Shown in pieces: positions 31,602 to 44,096 of a stretch of 64,000 nucleotides of DNA. Position 1 is the first letter of the stretch. Each line of letters opens with the position of its first letter. The stretch lies in NCBI GenBank assembly GCA_025594325.1, contig JANHCV010000002.1, forward strand, positions 310,001 through 374,000, given 5' to 3'. This stretch comes from Blastocladiella emersonii ATCC 22665 (Eukaryota > Fungi > Blastocladiomycota). Both the position numbers and the translations under genes were made by a program. The notes below the pieces were generated by a model. That model ran no database searches. It was not told the origin of the DNA and saw only the letters and a list, made by a program, of their open reading frames with translations.

Positions 31602-31953
31602 TACGCGCCGATCAATCACGTGAAAGTCACGCCGATTTCTGGAGACACGCGAGACATTGCTTGATCTCGCCGCCGATGATGGCGACTCTTTACCGTGTAG
31701 CACTTGGTTGCAATCGCTAGCATTTCGCGTCAATCTATCCGACAGATTGCAATGGTGAAGCGGTTTGAGGCGGGCATGACGCGCACGCACGGAGGTTGAA
31801 ACTCACACGACCGCTGGCTGAAACTCGAGGATCCGGTGGCCGCCGATCTAGGCCCGTTCCCTGCGCCTTCGGGGGCCCCCTCAAATACGCCACGGGCCAG
31901 GGATCCTCGCTCCCTCTCTCACCGAAGAAACCAGCTTGCCCTCGTCCGCCTCC

Positions 31954-32843
31954 ATGACTCGTATCGCCACCCCTCTCACGGCCGTCCTGGTCGTCCTTCT
32001 CGCGGCCTCCGCGGCGGTCGTGGATGCTCGGCCCATGCCGCAGAGCAGCACGATCACGTTCACCGAGAACAACTCGACGACGGTCACGGTCAGCAACGGG
32101 TCGCAGCGCACGAGCAACACCAACTCGACCACGGCTCGGACGCAGCTCCCCAGCAACGCTGCAGCGGCGGCGGCCGTGGCCACGGATCCCGTTGCCGCGA
32201 AATGCGTGCTCTTGTACGCCACATCGGCACCGCGACGCTCCGAGCTTCTTTCTGACCAGTTCCATATCTCAACAGGGCCACCGCGATGCGCAGCTGCATG
32301 GCCAGCGATAAGTTCGGCGATGCGATTGACAGCGACGACAAGGAGCTCGACCAGCGGGCGTGCAGCGACGTGTGCCGCCGCCTGTACTCCGAGGTGCAGC
32401 AATCGGACCCAACCAAGTGCACCGCCGCCAACTCGGGCATGGACGGCGCCTTCCTCGCGTACCGGGTCGCCGCGACGCCTGGCCTGTGCGTCAAGCGCGA
32501 CGGCAAGTACGCGTGGCCCCGCTTCTACGACGCGATCAAGGGCCAGGACCCCAACATGACGCTGTTCGAGTCGAACCCGGCCGCCATCGACAAGAAGGCC
32601 CTGTGCACGCCGTGGACCGAGACGGTGCTGGTCACGATCGACAACGAGCGCGAGCCGTACCTCCGCGTCGCTGCGCTGTACCCCGAGTACGCCGAGCTCA
32701 AGAACTACCCGAACACGACGGCTGTCCGCTCGGTTTGCGGCTTCGCGACGCCCAAGGCCGGCTTGAGCGGCGCGACGCAGATGATGGTCGGGGGCCATGC
32801 CCTGGCTGTGATCGTGGCCGCCGCTTTTGCCCTCCTCGTCTGA
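31954..32843 (+). CDS. Secreted Cys-rich, probably GPI-anchored protein (copy 1)
   Basis: Signal peptide MTRIATPLTAVLVVLLAASAAVVDA; intron 32214-32275; Cys-rich core; hydrophobic C-terminus HALAVIVAAAFALLV*. Confidence 0.75.
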
Positions 32844-33121
32844 AGGCCGGCGCAGTTGAGGGTCCACGGGATGGGTGGAGTGATGTCGAGCTAGATAAGT
32901 GCCATAATAGACGCGCGTGGCGCGAAATCGTTATATCATTGTGCACCAGATCAGAGCGGGAGCGTGGCGCAGCCCTATGAGGCTGAAACGCGCTTGCGTC
33001 GTGCTTCGCCGCCGGACAAACCCTTGGGCTTCGCGTCCGAGTGTCAAGACCGGCCACGGCCTGGATTAGGTCTGCAGCGTCGGCTCGCGCTCTTCCTCTC
33101 CTGACATCCACGGTTACTGCC

Positions 33122-33994
33122 ATGAATCGCCTCATTCTTGCTACTCTGCTCGCGGTCTTTGTGGCGGCCCCGGCCTCCGCGAGCCCTGTGCCTCAGAGCT
33201 CTTCGTCCAGCACCAACTCGACGACTGCTCCGCCGCTTCCAATGCACACGTTTGCGGCCGCGACCAATGATCCGATCGCCGCGAAATGCGTCCTCTTGTG
33301 TGTATCGGTGAGTTTGCATAAGCACGCGCTGGTCCCTGACGTAGGACAAACTACAGGACATGGTCGATGAACAACTGCATGACGACCGAACGACCGGTTC
33401 GGCGACTCGATTGAGAGCGACGACAAGGAGCTCGACCAGCGCGAGTGCAGCGATTCGTGCCGTCGCGTCTACGCGGACGTGTAACAGTTCGACTCGACCC
33501 AGTGCACCGCCGCCAACTCGGGCATGGACGGCGCCTTTTTCGGCTACCGCGCTGTTGCTGTCCCAGGCTTGTGCGTCAAGACCAACGGGCAGTACGCCTG
33601 GCCTCGCTTCTTTGCCGCGATCAAGAGCCAGGACCCCGACATGACGCTGCTCGAGTCTAACCCCGCCGCGCTCGACAAGAAGATGCTGTGTACGCCGTGG
33701 ACTGAGGCGGTGCTCGGCACCATCGACGACAAGCGCGAGTCGTACTTCCGCCTCGCTGCGCTGTACCCCGATCACGCGCGCGCCAGCAACTACCCGAACA
33801 CGACGACCATCCGCTCCATCTGTGGGTTCTCGGCGCCCAAGGTTACGTTCGGTGCGCCCAGTACCAGCGTCGCGCCCACTGCCACCGTCACCGGCACGCC
33901 CAAGGCCACGACGAGTGACGCGACAACGGTCAAAGGCCAAGTCATCGGCGCCTTCTTCGTGCTCATGGCCGCGGTTTGGTCAGCCTTTGTCTGA
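33122..33994 (+). pseudogene. Tandem duplicate of the Cys-rich GPI-like gene with a frameshift and a premature stop (copy 2)
   Basis: Aligns to copy 1 (SDDKELDQR.CSD.CRR...CTAANSGMDGAF...CTPWTE...NYPNTT). ~4-nt insertion near 33388-33391; in-frame TAA at 33482-33484 where copy 1 has Gln. Confidence 0.7.
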
Positions 33995-34398
33995 TCATCG
34001 GGAGAGAGAGAACTCGATCACAAAGGATTCTATTCACCGAGCTTACACCGCGGAGTGTTGGAACTTAGATCATGACAGAGCTTGTGTTCAACGAGATCGG
34101 CCCCGCTATGCTACGAACACATGGCCATCGATCACGCTCCATTTGTTTGTTGCTCTGATCGTGTGGCGCGTCGAACCGCGTCGCGTCGCGTCGCGTTTCA
34201 GCCTTACTCGCTTTCGCCGCACGAGTCCAGTGCACGCGAAGGAGGAATCGGTCGGTGGTACAAAAACAAATATAGAGAGCAATGTACAAGCGTGGCCTCC
34301 GCGCACGCGGAGGGCCGTGGCGAGTGGGTGGGACGAGAGGTAACACAAAGGGGAGGGGGGTAGTGAGAGATCAGGATCGAAGCGCGACACAGAACTAT

Positions 34399-37300
34399 TT
34401 AGCGCTTGCCCATGAACCCGAGCCACGACGAGCGCTTGGACCCAGCGTCGAGACGGCGCGGGCGCATCTCGTCCTCGTAGTCGAGCGAGTCGTCGACGAC
34501 CGAAATGTTGCCGGCGCCGCCGCCGCGGAGGGGCTTGGCGATGCGGCCCCAGGTCCACGCCTCGGCCTGGACCTGCGGCTGCTGCTCGCGGAGTTTCCGC
34601 TGCAGGTCCTTGAGCTGGGCCTCGAAGTTGAGCTTCTGCGCGGCGAGCTTGGTCTGGGTCTCCTCGAGCATGTCCTCGAGGGTCTGGATGCGCTCGTTGC
34701 GGGTGACGAGCTTGCGCTCGGCGATGGCGATCTCCTTCTTGAGCTGCGTGTTCTGCTCGACGAGCTGCTTCTGGACCGACGTGAGCTGCTCGAGGTTGCG
34801 CTCGAGGAACGCCATCTTCTTCTGCGTGGCCTTGATGTTGTTGTTGCGCAGCATGTTGTTGTACTGCTCGCGGATCTCGTCGAGCGACAGCTCGAGCTCG
34901 ACCACCTTCTCGCACCGGTTCTGCAGGTCGCGCATGAGGGCCTTCTTCATCACGTCGAACTCCTGGAGCTGCGCCGCCATGGTCTTCTTGATGCGCTCGA
35001 GGTCCTTGTCCTTCTCGGACTCGGGCTTGTCGATGGACGCGAGCTTGGACAGCGCGGCGCCGGCCTCGCGCTTGGCCGCGTTGAGCGTGGCCGTGAGCTG
35101 CTCGTTGGCCTTCTCGAGCGTCTCCTTGGCCGCGAGCAGCGTCGACACCTCGTCGTTCTTCTTGAACAGCTCCGTCTTGAGCGACTCGATCTCGGCGACA
35201 AACGCCTCGCGCTTGGACGAGTACTGCGACTCGAGCTTCTCCTTGAGGTCCGTCAGGTGCTCCGACACCTCGGGCGCCGTACCGTTGACGCGCTGCTCCT
35301 CCTCCTGGATCGTCTTGTCTACACGCGGATGAGCGGGGCGGGGGTGGGCGCGGGGCCAAGTCAGTCAGGATGTCCAGCGAGAAGGTCGAGGGAAAAGAAG
35401 CGCGAGTCGCAAGCGGCATCGAAGGGGGAGCGGGAGGGGGAGGGCGAGACGAGAGAAAAAGAGAGAGATAGCAACTTTGCGACTCGGCAATGAACTTACC
35501 CAGCAGGTCCTCGTACTCGAGCTCGAGGGTGGTGAGGCGGGACTCGAGGTCGGCGCGCTTGCGGGAGAGCATCTCGTTCTCGAAGGTCATGTTCTTGAGG
35601 TTGGCGGACAGGGCCTCGAGCTGCTTCTTGGCGTTGGCGAGCTCGCGGGTGACGACGTCGAGGTCGTTGGACTCGAGGGCGGCGTCGAGCTGGGCGGTCG
35701 GGAGCTCGTTGAGGAGGTTCTGGAGCGACTCGCGGACCTGCTTCTCCTTCTCGGAGATGGCCGAGGTCGGGTCGAGCTCGGCCATCATGGCGGCCATCTT
35801 CTCGGCGCGGCGCTTCTCCTTGTCCTCCTCCTCGGAGCTGCGCTTGGCGTTCTCGAGCTCGACAATCTCCTTGCGCAGCGCCTCGAGCTGCTGCTCGAGC
35901 TCCTGGTTCTTCTCCTTGAGCGCCTCCATGTTGATCTCGTTCTCGGCCGACGCGAACGTGACCTTCTCGAGGTTCATCTTGAGCGTGTGCAGCGTCGCCG
36001 TCAGCTCCTTGTTCTCGTCAAACACCTCGGCCTCGCGCGCCTTGAGCAGCTCGAGCTCCTCGTTGATGGTCTTGGTGAACTTGCGCTCCTTTTCGAGCTC
36101 CGACTCCTTCTTGGCCAGGTCGTCCATGAGCTCGTTCTCGCGCTTGAGGAACTCCTCGCGCTCGTCCTCGGCCATGGCGGGTGAGCCGGCGCGGGCGGGC
36201 GCACCGTCGGCGGCAGCGACAGCAGCGACAGCCGGAACGACAGCGGCAGCCGCGGCGGGAGCAGCGGTCGCAGCGGCGGCGGCGGTCGGGGCGACGAGGG
36301 TGCCGGCGGTGAACTTCTCCATGGTGACCTGGCGCTCGGGCGGGACGGCGGACCCGGCGCGCCAGATGGTGACCTCGGACTCGAGGGCGGTGATGTAGTC
36401 CTTGAAGGTGAGGGCGCGGGCCTCGGCCTTCTTGAGGAGGGCCTTGAGCTCGGTGGCGGAGAGCTCGGCGTTGACCTTGGCCTTGTTCTTGATGGACTTT
36501 GCGCGCATGCCGAACCGGAGCGTGGACAGGGTCTCGGCCTCGTTGAAGGAAGAGGGCGAGGCGTTGATGATGAGGGTGGTGCGCGAGTTACCGCCGAGCG
36601 ACTCCTGCAGGATGCGGGTGAGCTTGGAGTCGCGGTAGGGGACGTGGGTCGACTTGCCGTCGGTGAGGGCGTTGATGACCATGCCGAGGGCGGTCAGCGA
36701 CTTGTTAATCTTCTTGGCCTCCTCGAGGGTCTGGCCCGAGGCGCCCGTCTTGCCGACCTTCTCGGACCCGGCGAGATCGACGAGGTACAGCTTGCCGGAC
36801 CGCTGGGTGCCGGCGTTCACGTCCTTTTGGTTGATGGTGATGACGAACATGGAGTGCGACCGCGACGACTCGGCGTTCATGTGCGTGTAGGCGACGACGC
36901 GGGCGGCCTGGCCGCGGCGCATCACCTCGAGCACCTCGGTCACGGACGACACGTACACCTCGAGCAGGCCCTTGACGTAGACGCCGCGCGACTTCTCCTC
37001 GTGCACGGGCAGGTTGTCGTTGACGGGGTTGAGCAGGTCGCGGATCTTCTCCATGTAGATCTCGAGGAACGAGATCTTGACCGTGAACTCGAGGTTGGAC
37101 GGGGCCTCGACGATGTTGGTGAAGATCTGCTCGGTGATGCGCGGGATGACGCCCTTGTTGACCTCGTCGCCAATGTCGGAGCCCATCATGGTGTAGGTCT
37201 TGCCGGACCCAGTCTGGCCGTAGGCGAAGACGGTGCCGTTGTAGCCGTTGAGCACCTCTACGTGACGTTCGTGGTGTCAGCGTTGTCGAGGTGATGCGAG

Positions 37301-37605
37301 GTCGCGAGCAGCGGTGCGTACCATCGACGATCGGCTTGACCGAGTGGTTGAAGACCTCGGACTGGGTCTTGGAGCTGTCGAAGACGCTGTCGAAGGTGAA
37401 GGCGCCCTTAAATTCGGCGCCCTATATGGTACGACAAGAATGCGTGAGCGACCAGCCTGGTGCAGGGTGGCGTTCGACAAGGACGTACGTCGAGGTTCAC
37501 GGTCTCGCCGCTGTCGTCGAACGACACGATTGGGACACCGCCCTCGGCAATCTCGCGCTTGTTCTGCGGGCGGAAACGCAGAACGACCTTGATGTTGCCC
37601 GACAT
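34399..37605 (-). CDS. kinA: Conventional kinesin heavy chain (kinesin-1), 4 exons
   Basis: MSGNIKVVLRFRP; P-loop GQTGSGKT; SSRSHS; LVDLAGSE; fungal tail KALMRDLQNRCEKVVELE and RIAKPLRGGG; introns 37422-37488, 37258-37321, 35319-35499. Confidence 0.95.
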
Positions 37606-38356
37606 GGTGGTGGTGGGTGTAGGTGCAGCGGTGGCGTTGGCGGCGGGAGAAGGGGGTGGCGAAGCCGGTCACGGCAGCGAGCGAGCGAGGGCCGGTGGTG
37701 ACGGTGGCGTCGTCGAGAGTGTGGCGGCACAGATACTCGCCGGGGACAGAGCCGATGCGCAGAGTGACGACGGTGTCGGCGGCGTCGAGCAGCGGAGCAG
37801 ACGAGACGAGTGCTTCAAGCGACGACAGACTGCGGCCCGCGCGTTCGGCGACGGAGGGCAGGCAGTGGGCGAATCTATGAAGTTTCGGCGGCTGGCAGGG
37901 CGGGAGAGGGGGAGCGGGCGGGCGAAGAGACCCGAGGGGAGGCGTGCAGCAGCAGCACCAGCAGCGCCGCGGCGAGGCATCACGGGTGGCGGCGACGCCG
38001 CGCCGACCTGAAACCACTCGAGGCCTCGCCCACGTGAGCCGCGCGAATGGCGCATCGCGACCCGGACCGTGGCGCGCGGCGTGCGGCGGTGGCCGTGGTG
38101 GCCGTGGACGCCCACCGTGCCCTCGGCTCGCGTAATCGCGAACGCAGCGAGGAAGAGTGACGTCGGTCGGGTAGGTCGCTCGAGCTCGAGCCGGCGAGGT
38201 GGACCCGTGGGCCCCACCCACCCACACTTTCATCATGCAGAGCCCCGGTGCGTGCGTGCGGGTATTCACGCCGGTCCCTTCTTTAGCAGCGCCGCGCCGA
38301 ATTCAGCATGGAGACATGTCCGTCTCGCACCGCACCACTCACGTGCGCGTGGACCG

Positions 38357-38393
38357 ACGCGTCTCGTTTGAGCGAACGCGTCTCACGCGTCTC
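38357..38393. promoter_or_regulatory. Three ACGCGTCTC copies in the divergent kinesin/TmcB promoter
   Basis: Copies at 38357-38365, 38376-38384 and 38385-38393; each contains the MluI (MCB) core ACGCGT. Confidence 0.5.
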
Positions 38394-38595
38394 ACGCGCC
38401 GACGGTGCTGCGCGAACGCGGGCACCCCGGTCGGCTCGCGCGCGCGAACGAACCCCCCACGCTTGTGCCGGATCGGGATCCCGCCTCCGCCCCCTCTCAC
38501 TCCCTGTACCGCCTCACTCCGCGGCTGGACTGCGCGGTTATGCATCGCTAGCCCATGTATCGACACTCGACCCAACCGACAACAACAACTCCAAG

Positions 38596-41500
38596 ATGCG
38601 GCTCATGGCGCGCCTGCGCGCGCTCTACTTTGAGCTCGCCTACTCGCTCGTGACCGAGAACCACGTCATCGACCTGCTCGAGGCCATCTCGACGGTGCTC
38701 GAGTTCTTCCAGATCGCCGCCTTCATCTTCGACATCCACGCCGCGTGGGGCGTCCCGACCGTGCAGTACTACCTGCAGTACGCGCTGCTGGGGCTCAACG
38801 ACACGGTCGTCGGGTACATTCTCGTGTCCCTGGTGCTCGTCATGGACGCGAGCTTCGTGTTCCTGCTGGTCCAGATCGCGCGCAAGGGCGGCATCAGCAG
38901 CTTCAACGTGCTGCAGCTGTCGCGCGTGCTGACCGGCGTCATGAGCACGTTCCTGTTCCTCCCCATCCTCGAGGAGGGCGTCAGCCTCGTCTACGCCTAC
39001 ATCGTGTACGGCACGGGCAACGTCGCGAGCCTCGCCCTCACCGTGACCGTCGATCTCGTCGGCCTCCTCGTCCCGACGTTCCTGGTCGCCTACGTGCAGG
39101 GTCCCGACCACAACCGCATCACGGCCTTCTCACGCGCCTCGAGCCGCCAGTCGACGCTCATGCTCGCGTCTAAGGTCGGCATCTCGGTCGCCTTCGGCGT
39201 GCTCCCGCTCGCCACCTTCGTCTGGATCCTCTTCTTCATCCAGCTCGCGACCCTCGGCATGGCCCTGTACCTGCCCATCTACTTCAACCCGACCGTCAAC
39301 CTCGTGTGGACCGGCCAGCAGGCCGCGCTGACCTACGCGGCCTTTGTCGGGTGGCTGCGCGTGCTCATCAGCCCCACCACGAACCCGGCCGTCGCCCAGG
39401 ACCTGCCCATCTGGTTCCTCGTCGCCGTCGGCGGCATGGTCCCCGCGGGCCTGCTCGGCGCGCTCGCCTTCAAGTGGCGCATGGAGCTGGTCCTCGGGGA
39501 CATGGGCATCTGGGCGCGCGAGCGCGCCGTGATCCGCCACCACGTGCGCCGGTCCATTGACGCGCGCCGCGCCTCGACCACGACGGCGGGGAGCTCGGGC
39601 AAGCGGCGGTTCGGCGCCGCGCTGACGGCCACCGCGGTCGCGCCGTCGCAGGCGACGAGCCGGACGGACCTCGACGCGGCAGCGCACTCCGCAGCCTCGG
39701 CGGTCGTGCTGGCGGCGATCCGCGACATCCCCGTGTCCGAGGTCCTGTCGCGGTGCCGGTTCCCCGCCGAGGTCGTGTTTGCCGCCAACACGCTGTTCGT
39801 GACGGGCGGGACCGCTGCGGGGCCGTACATTGTGTCGCTGCTCGCGGCCGCCGTCAAGAAGTTCCCCGACAACGAGCAGCTGTACCTCGAGTGGATCGCG
39901 AAAGCCAGCGTGCTCGGCGGCCACGGCGAGGACGATTCCGCCGAGGAGTCGGTCCAGCGCAAGACGTACATCCAGGGCCTGATCCGGCGCGCCATCGCGC
40001 GGACAAGGGCCAAGCTCGATACGCGGTTTGCGTACTACGCCATCATCAAGGTACGTTTCGCCTCGCAGAGGGTGTGGGCCGTGCTGACGCTCGCGTGCGC
40101 TGTTGTAGAACTTTGAGATCGAGGCGTTCCGGCGGCAGAGCCGCGACGTGCGTCGCATGGCGCTGCTCGACATTGTGCGGTACCACTACAACGTCACGGC
40201 GGCGTCGCGCGCCTACATTGCCGCGCTGCGCTGGTCGTACACGTTCTGGAAGGCGTGTGCCGTCGACCGGCCCAACGTCGAGGCGGTACGTTATTGACCG
40301 TCGCATCACCCGCCTCTGCACCAATTGACCTTGCCCTCGTGTAGCTCGGCGTCATCGCCGACAAGCTCCAGGAGCACCAGAACGACGCGCTGCACCACTA
40401 CCACTCGCTGCTGGAGCGGTTCCCGTCCATGGTCTCGATCCTGCGGTCGTACGCGGCGTTCGTGCTCGACGTCCTCAACAACGCGTCGCTGAGCGACGAG
40501 ATCCTCGAGTTTGCCGACCGCATCGAGGACGACAAGCGCGCGGCGGCCGCCGCGGGGCAGGCGACGCGCAAGGCGCGCAAGGCCGCGTCAGCGGCCACGG
40601 GCACCACCAGCACCAGCGAGCCCAACGGCGGTGCCGCGTCCTCGAGCCACCCGATGCTCGGGCACGCGTCCATGTCGGCGTCGGGGATGATCATCTCGAC
40701 GTCCGAGATCGCGCTGGACCGTGACGCGGACACGCGGAGCGAGCGGTCCAAGACGAGCAGCCACCAGCGGTCCAACTACTCGGGGCGGAGCAGCGACCTG
40801 GTGAGCACCATGAACTCGCACAACATCTTCGACGTCGAGTCGAGCGACCGCGTGCGCAACGCGTGCGCGATGCGGACCATCAGCCGGCTGCAGCGGTGGG
40901 TGCGGGTCGCATTCACATTCCTGTTCGTGGTGATCCTCGGGCTCTACGTGTTCGGGAACCAGTTCTCGGCGCAGGAGGAGAGCATGCGGAAGATGGTGCT
41001 GGCCGTCGGCCTGCTGCGCAAGCAGGGGCTCGTGCTGGTGCAGGAGGTGCGGTCGCTGACCTTCTGCTGGGACGTGGACTGCATCGTGGCGCAGCAGGCC
41101 GTGATCCGCGACGCGGCCGTGGCGCTGCGCGACGTGCTCGACTCGGTCTTCTTCAGTCACGGCAGCGACGTGCGCCCCGAGCTGATGCGGTACTGGACGT
41201 ACCGCAGCTTCCGCGACGCGACCTTCAGCACCATCACCAACTTCATGACCCCGCTGCAGCTGTACATCCACATGTACCTGCGCTCGCTCGAGATCTCCCT
41301 CTCCAACCCGCCCGACTTCTTCACGACCGCGAACCAGGCGCTCCGGTGGGTCATCCGCAACGGGCTGCCGCAGACCTTCTACAACTCGCTGTTCGACGCC
41401 GTCACCGCGTACCAGGACCTGTACTCGTCCCAAATCGAGCAGTGGCTGTACATCATGGAGTACTCGGCCATCGTCGTCGCGTGCCTGCCGCTGCTGCTCC

Positions 41501-44049
41501 TCGTGTTCGTGATCCTGCCGCGCTGGTTCCTCCTCGACCAGGAACTGCGCGCCACGACGCGCCTGTTCGCGCGGATCCCGCGCCGCGTCGCCGCCGTCCT
41601 CGCGTCCGAGGCGAAAGAGCGGTTCGACGCCAAGGTCGAGGCCGAGGGGCTATCGGACGACCTCGGGATGCGCCTCAACACGACCGGTGCACCGTCGCCG
41701 ACGAAGTCGGGCGGCGCGGGCGACCACGGCGACGGCGACGACCACGCGGTCTCGCACGCGGCCGGTTCCTCGTCGAGCAACGCGACGACGGTGCAGCTCG
41801 CGCAGCTGACAAAGTCCAAGACGTCCATCTCGGTCCGCCTTCTCGTGGCGTACGTGGCGGCGCTGTTCGGGATTACGGCATTGCTTCTCAGCCTGGCGTT
41901 CGCGCTTTCGATCCCGATCCGGTCGTACTCGACGCGCGCGGCGCTCGTCAACTACTCGGGGATGCGGTACTCGATCATGTACCGGACGATGACGGAGCTG
42001 CGCGAGTTCCACGTGCAGCAGTTTCCGACGTCGGCGTTCGAGTCGGCGCGGCAGCTCGAGATGCGCACGAAACGGCGGGCGTACTGGCGCGCGTCCGTCG
42101 AGCGGAACCTCGACATGCTGTCGATGGTCCACCGCAGCGTCCTGTACGGGAACGAGTCGCTGGGGCTCGACCGCACGCTCGGGATGGGGAGCGGCGCGAC
42201 GGCGACCGCGGTGGCCGCGATCGCCGCGGGCAGCCTGGCCAACTACAACGCGACGGACCCGCTGCTCAACGCCGACTCGCTGACGTTCACGCCCGTGTGC
42301 GCCGACGCGACGAACGTGACGTGTTTCTCGTTCGACGCCAAGGTGACGTACTTCTCGGACGTTGCGCGGCGGATCCTCGCCGCGAAGACGGTCGAGGACC
42401 TCGATGAGTCGGTCGTCAACTCGCTCGAGTCCATGGTCAGCCCGACGGGCGTGTTCTGGACCCAGGTGGCGCACCTGCGCGAGGTGTACGCGATGGCGAA
42501 CCAGGGGCTCGTCGACACGCTCGGCGTCGCGGCGACGTGGCTGTTCGTGCTCGTGTTCCCGCTGTTTTTCGGGATCATCGTCGTCCTCCGCGCCATGTAC
42601 AGCGCGGTCCGGTCGCGCATCCGGCGCACGCGCGGGATCCTGTTCCTCCTCCCGCCCGAGACCGCGCGCAGCATCGCCGTCATCCGAAACTACCTCGAGA
42701 CGGGGACTACCGAGCTCGACGTCGACGAGGTCAAGCAGACGTACGGCGTGTTCGGGTCGCTCATCTACGGGACCGCCGCCGCGCAGCAGCAGGCGACGCA
42801 CGGGCTGCACGCTGCCGCCGCCGCCGATGGGCCGGTGCCACCCAAACCCAACTCGGCCGCCATCGCCGCGGCCGCCGCCGCCATGGCCGCGCGGTTCTCT
42901 TCGCGCTTCGCGGTCTCGCCGTCCGCCGAGCCACCACCCGCTAGCGGCGGCGGCAAGAAACGCCGCTCCTCCCCATCAACCCTTCCGCCGCCGCAGTTCA
43001 TCGCCGCGCGCCGCGGCAGCGCGATCGGGTCGCACACGCAGATCGCGGTACCCGAGCCCACCGCGGCCGCGGGCCCCACGTCGCCGACGAGCCGCGTCAA
43101 GTTCGCCCTGTCGCAGTCGGTCCGGACGCCGTCCGCGGCCTCGAGCGCGTCGCGCGGCGGCGAACGCGAAGGGTACGATCCGACGGACCCGATCCTCGGT
43201 GCGGTGACGGCGGCCACGAGCCACCGTGGGTCCTCCGACGACGAGGACGGCGCGGACCAGGTCCCCTCCTCGCGCCTCGAATCTTCAGGCGGCTCCGCAT
43301 CTGCCGCGTCGCCCGCGCGCGGTCCATCGCGCTCGTCGTCGCGCGACCGACACCTGTCGCATCTCCTCTCCGAGCGCACGTCGCAGGGCTCGCTGCAGCT
43401 GCCACGAACCAACTCGGACGTGTCCGAGGCCGCGGGCTCCGACTCGTTCTTCTCGGCGTCCAACAGCCGCCGCGCGTCGGCCGCGCACCTCGACGAACCA
43501 CACCACGCGCACGGCCACGGGCACAGCCAGCTGCGCCACCCCATCCAGCGCGACGCGTCGTCTTCCGACTCAGAGGCTGACGACCACGACGACACGCGGC
43601 TCGCCTCGGCTTCGGTCTCGCTGACCTCGTCGTCGCTGACGCTCGACTGCCCGAACCCGAGCACGTCGCGCAAACACGCAGCGTGGCGCGCGCGGATCGA
43701 GGGGTACCTCGCGGGCGTGGTGCCGTTCGACGCGGCGAGGCGGGCGGAGACGGACCCGCAGATGTTGCCTGCGCGGGACGAGGAGGTGCCGGAGGCCGAG
43801 ACGGAGGATGTGGACGCGGACGCGGACGATGAGGATGAAGAGGAGGAGGAGGTGAAAGTCCGCCCGCACATCGTCCCGCTGCGCCGCGGGACCGGCCCGA
43901 GCAGCGGTAGCCGCAGCGTCGAGATGCACCGTGCGCCCGCGGGCGTGCAGCGCGACAGCGTCGAGCTGCTCAAGTCGCCCGGGTCGACGCTGCAGCGTGC
44001 GGCCTCCAGCGGCGCGGGTGACGACGACGACGAGGAGGAGGGAAGATAG
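38596..44049 (+). CDS. TmcB/TmcC-like (tiny macrocysts) polytopic membrane protein with TPR-like region, 3 exons
   Basis: N-terminal multi-TM region (LEFFQIAAFIF); TPR-like YHSLLERFPSMVSILRSYAAFVLDVLNN; further TM pairs; introns 40051-40108 and 40286-40344 give one open frame. Confidence 0.7.
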
Positions 44050-44096
44050 ACGATTTGATATATACAAACAAAGGCACGCGTGACCCCAACCGATAG

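Noticed and set aside
34106-37255. 1049-aa ORF as the complete kinesin
   Set aside because: It reads through intron 35319-35499 into the wrong frame; the true tail is the 34399..35268 frame and the N-terminus lies in upstream exons.
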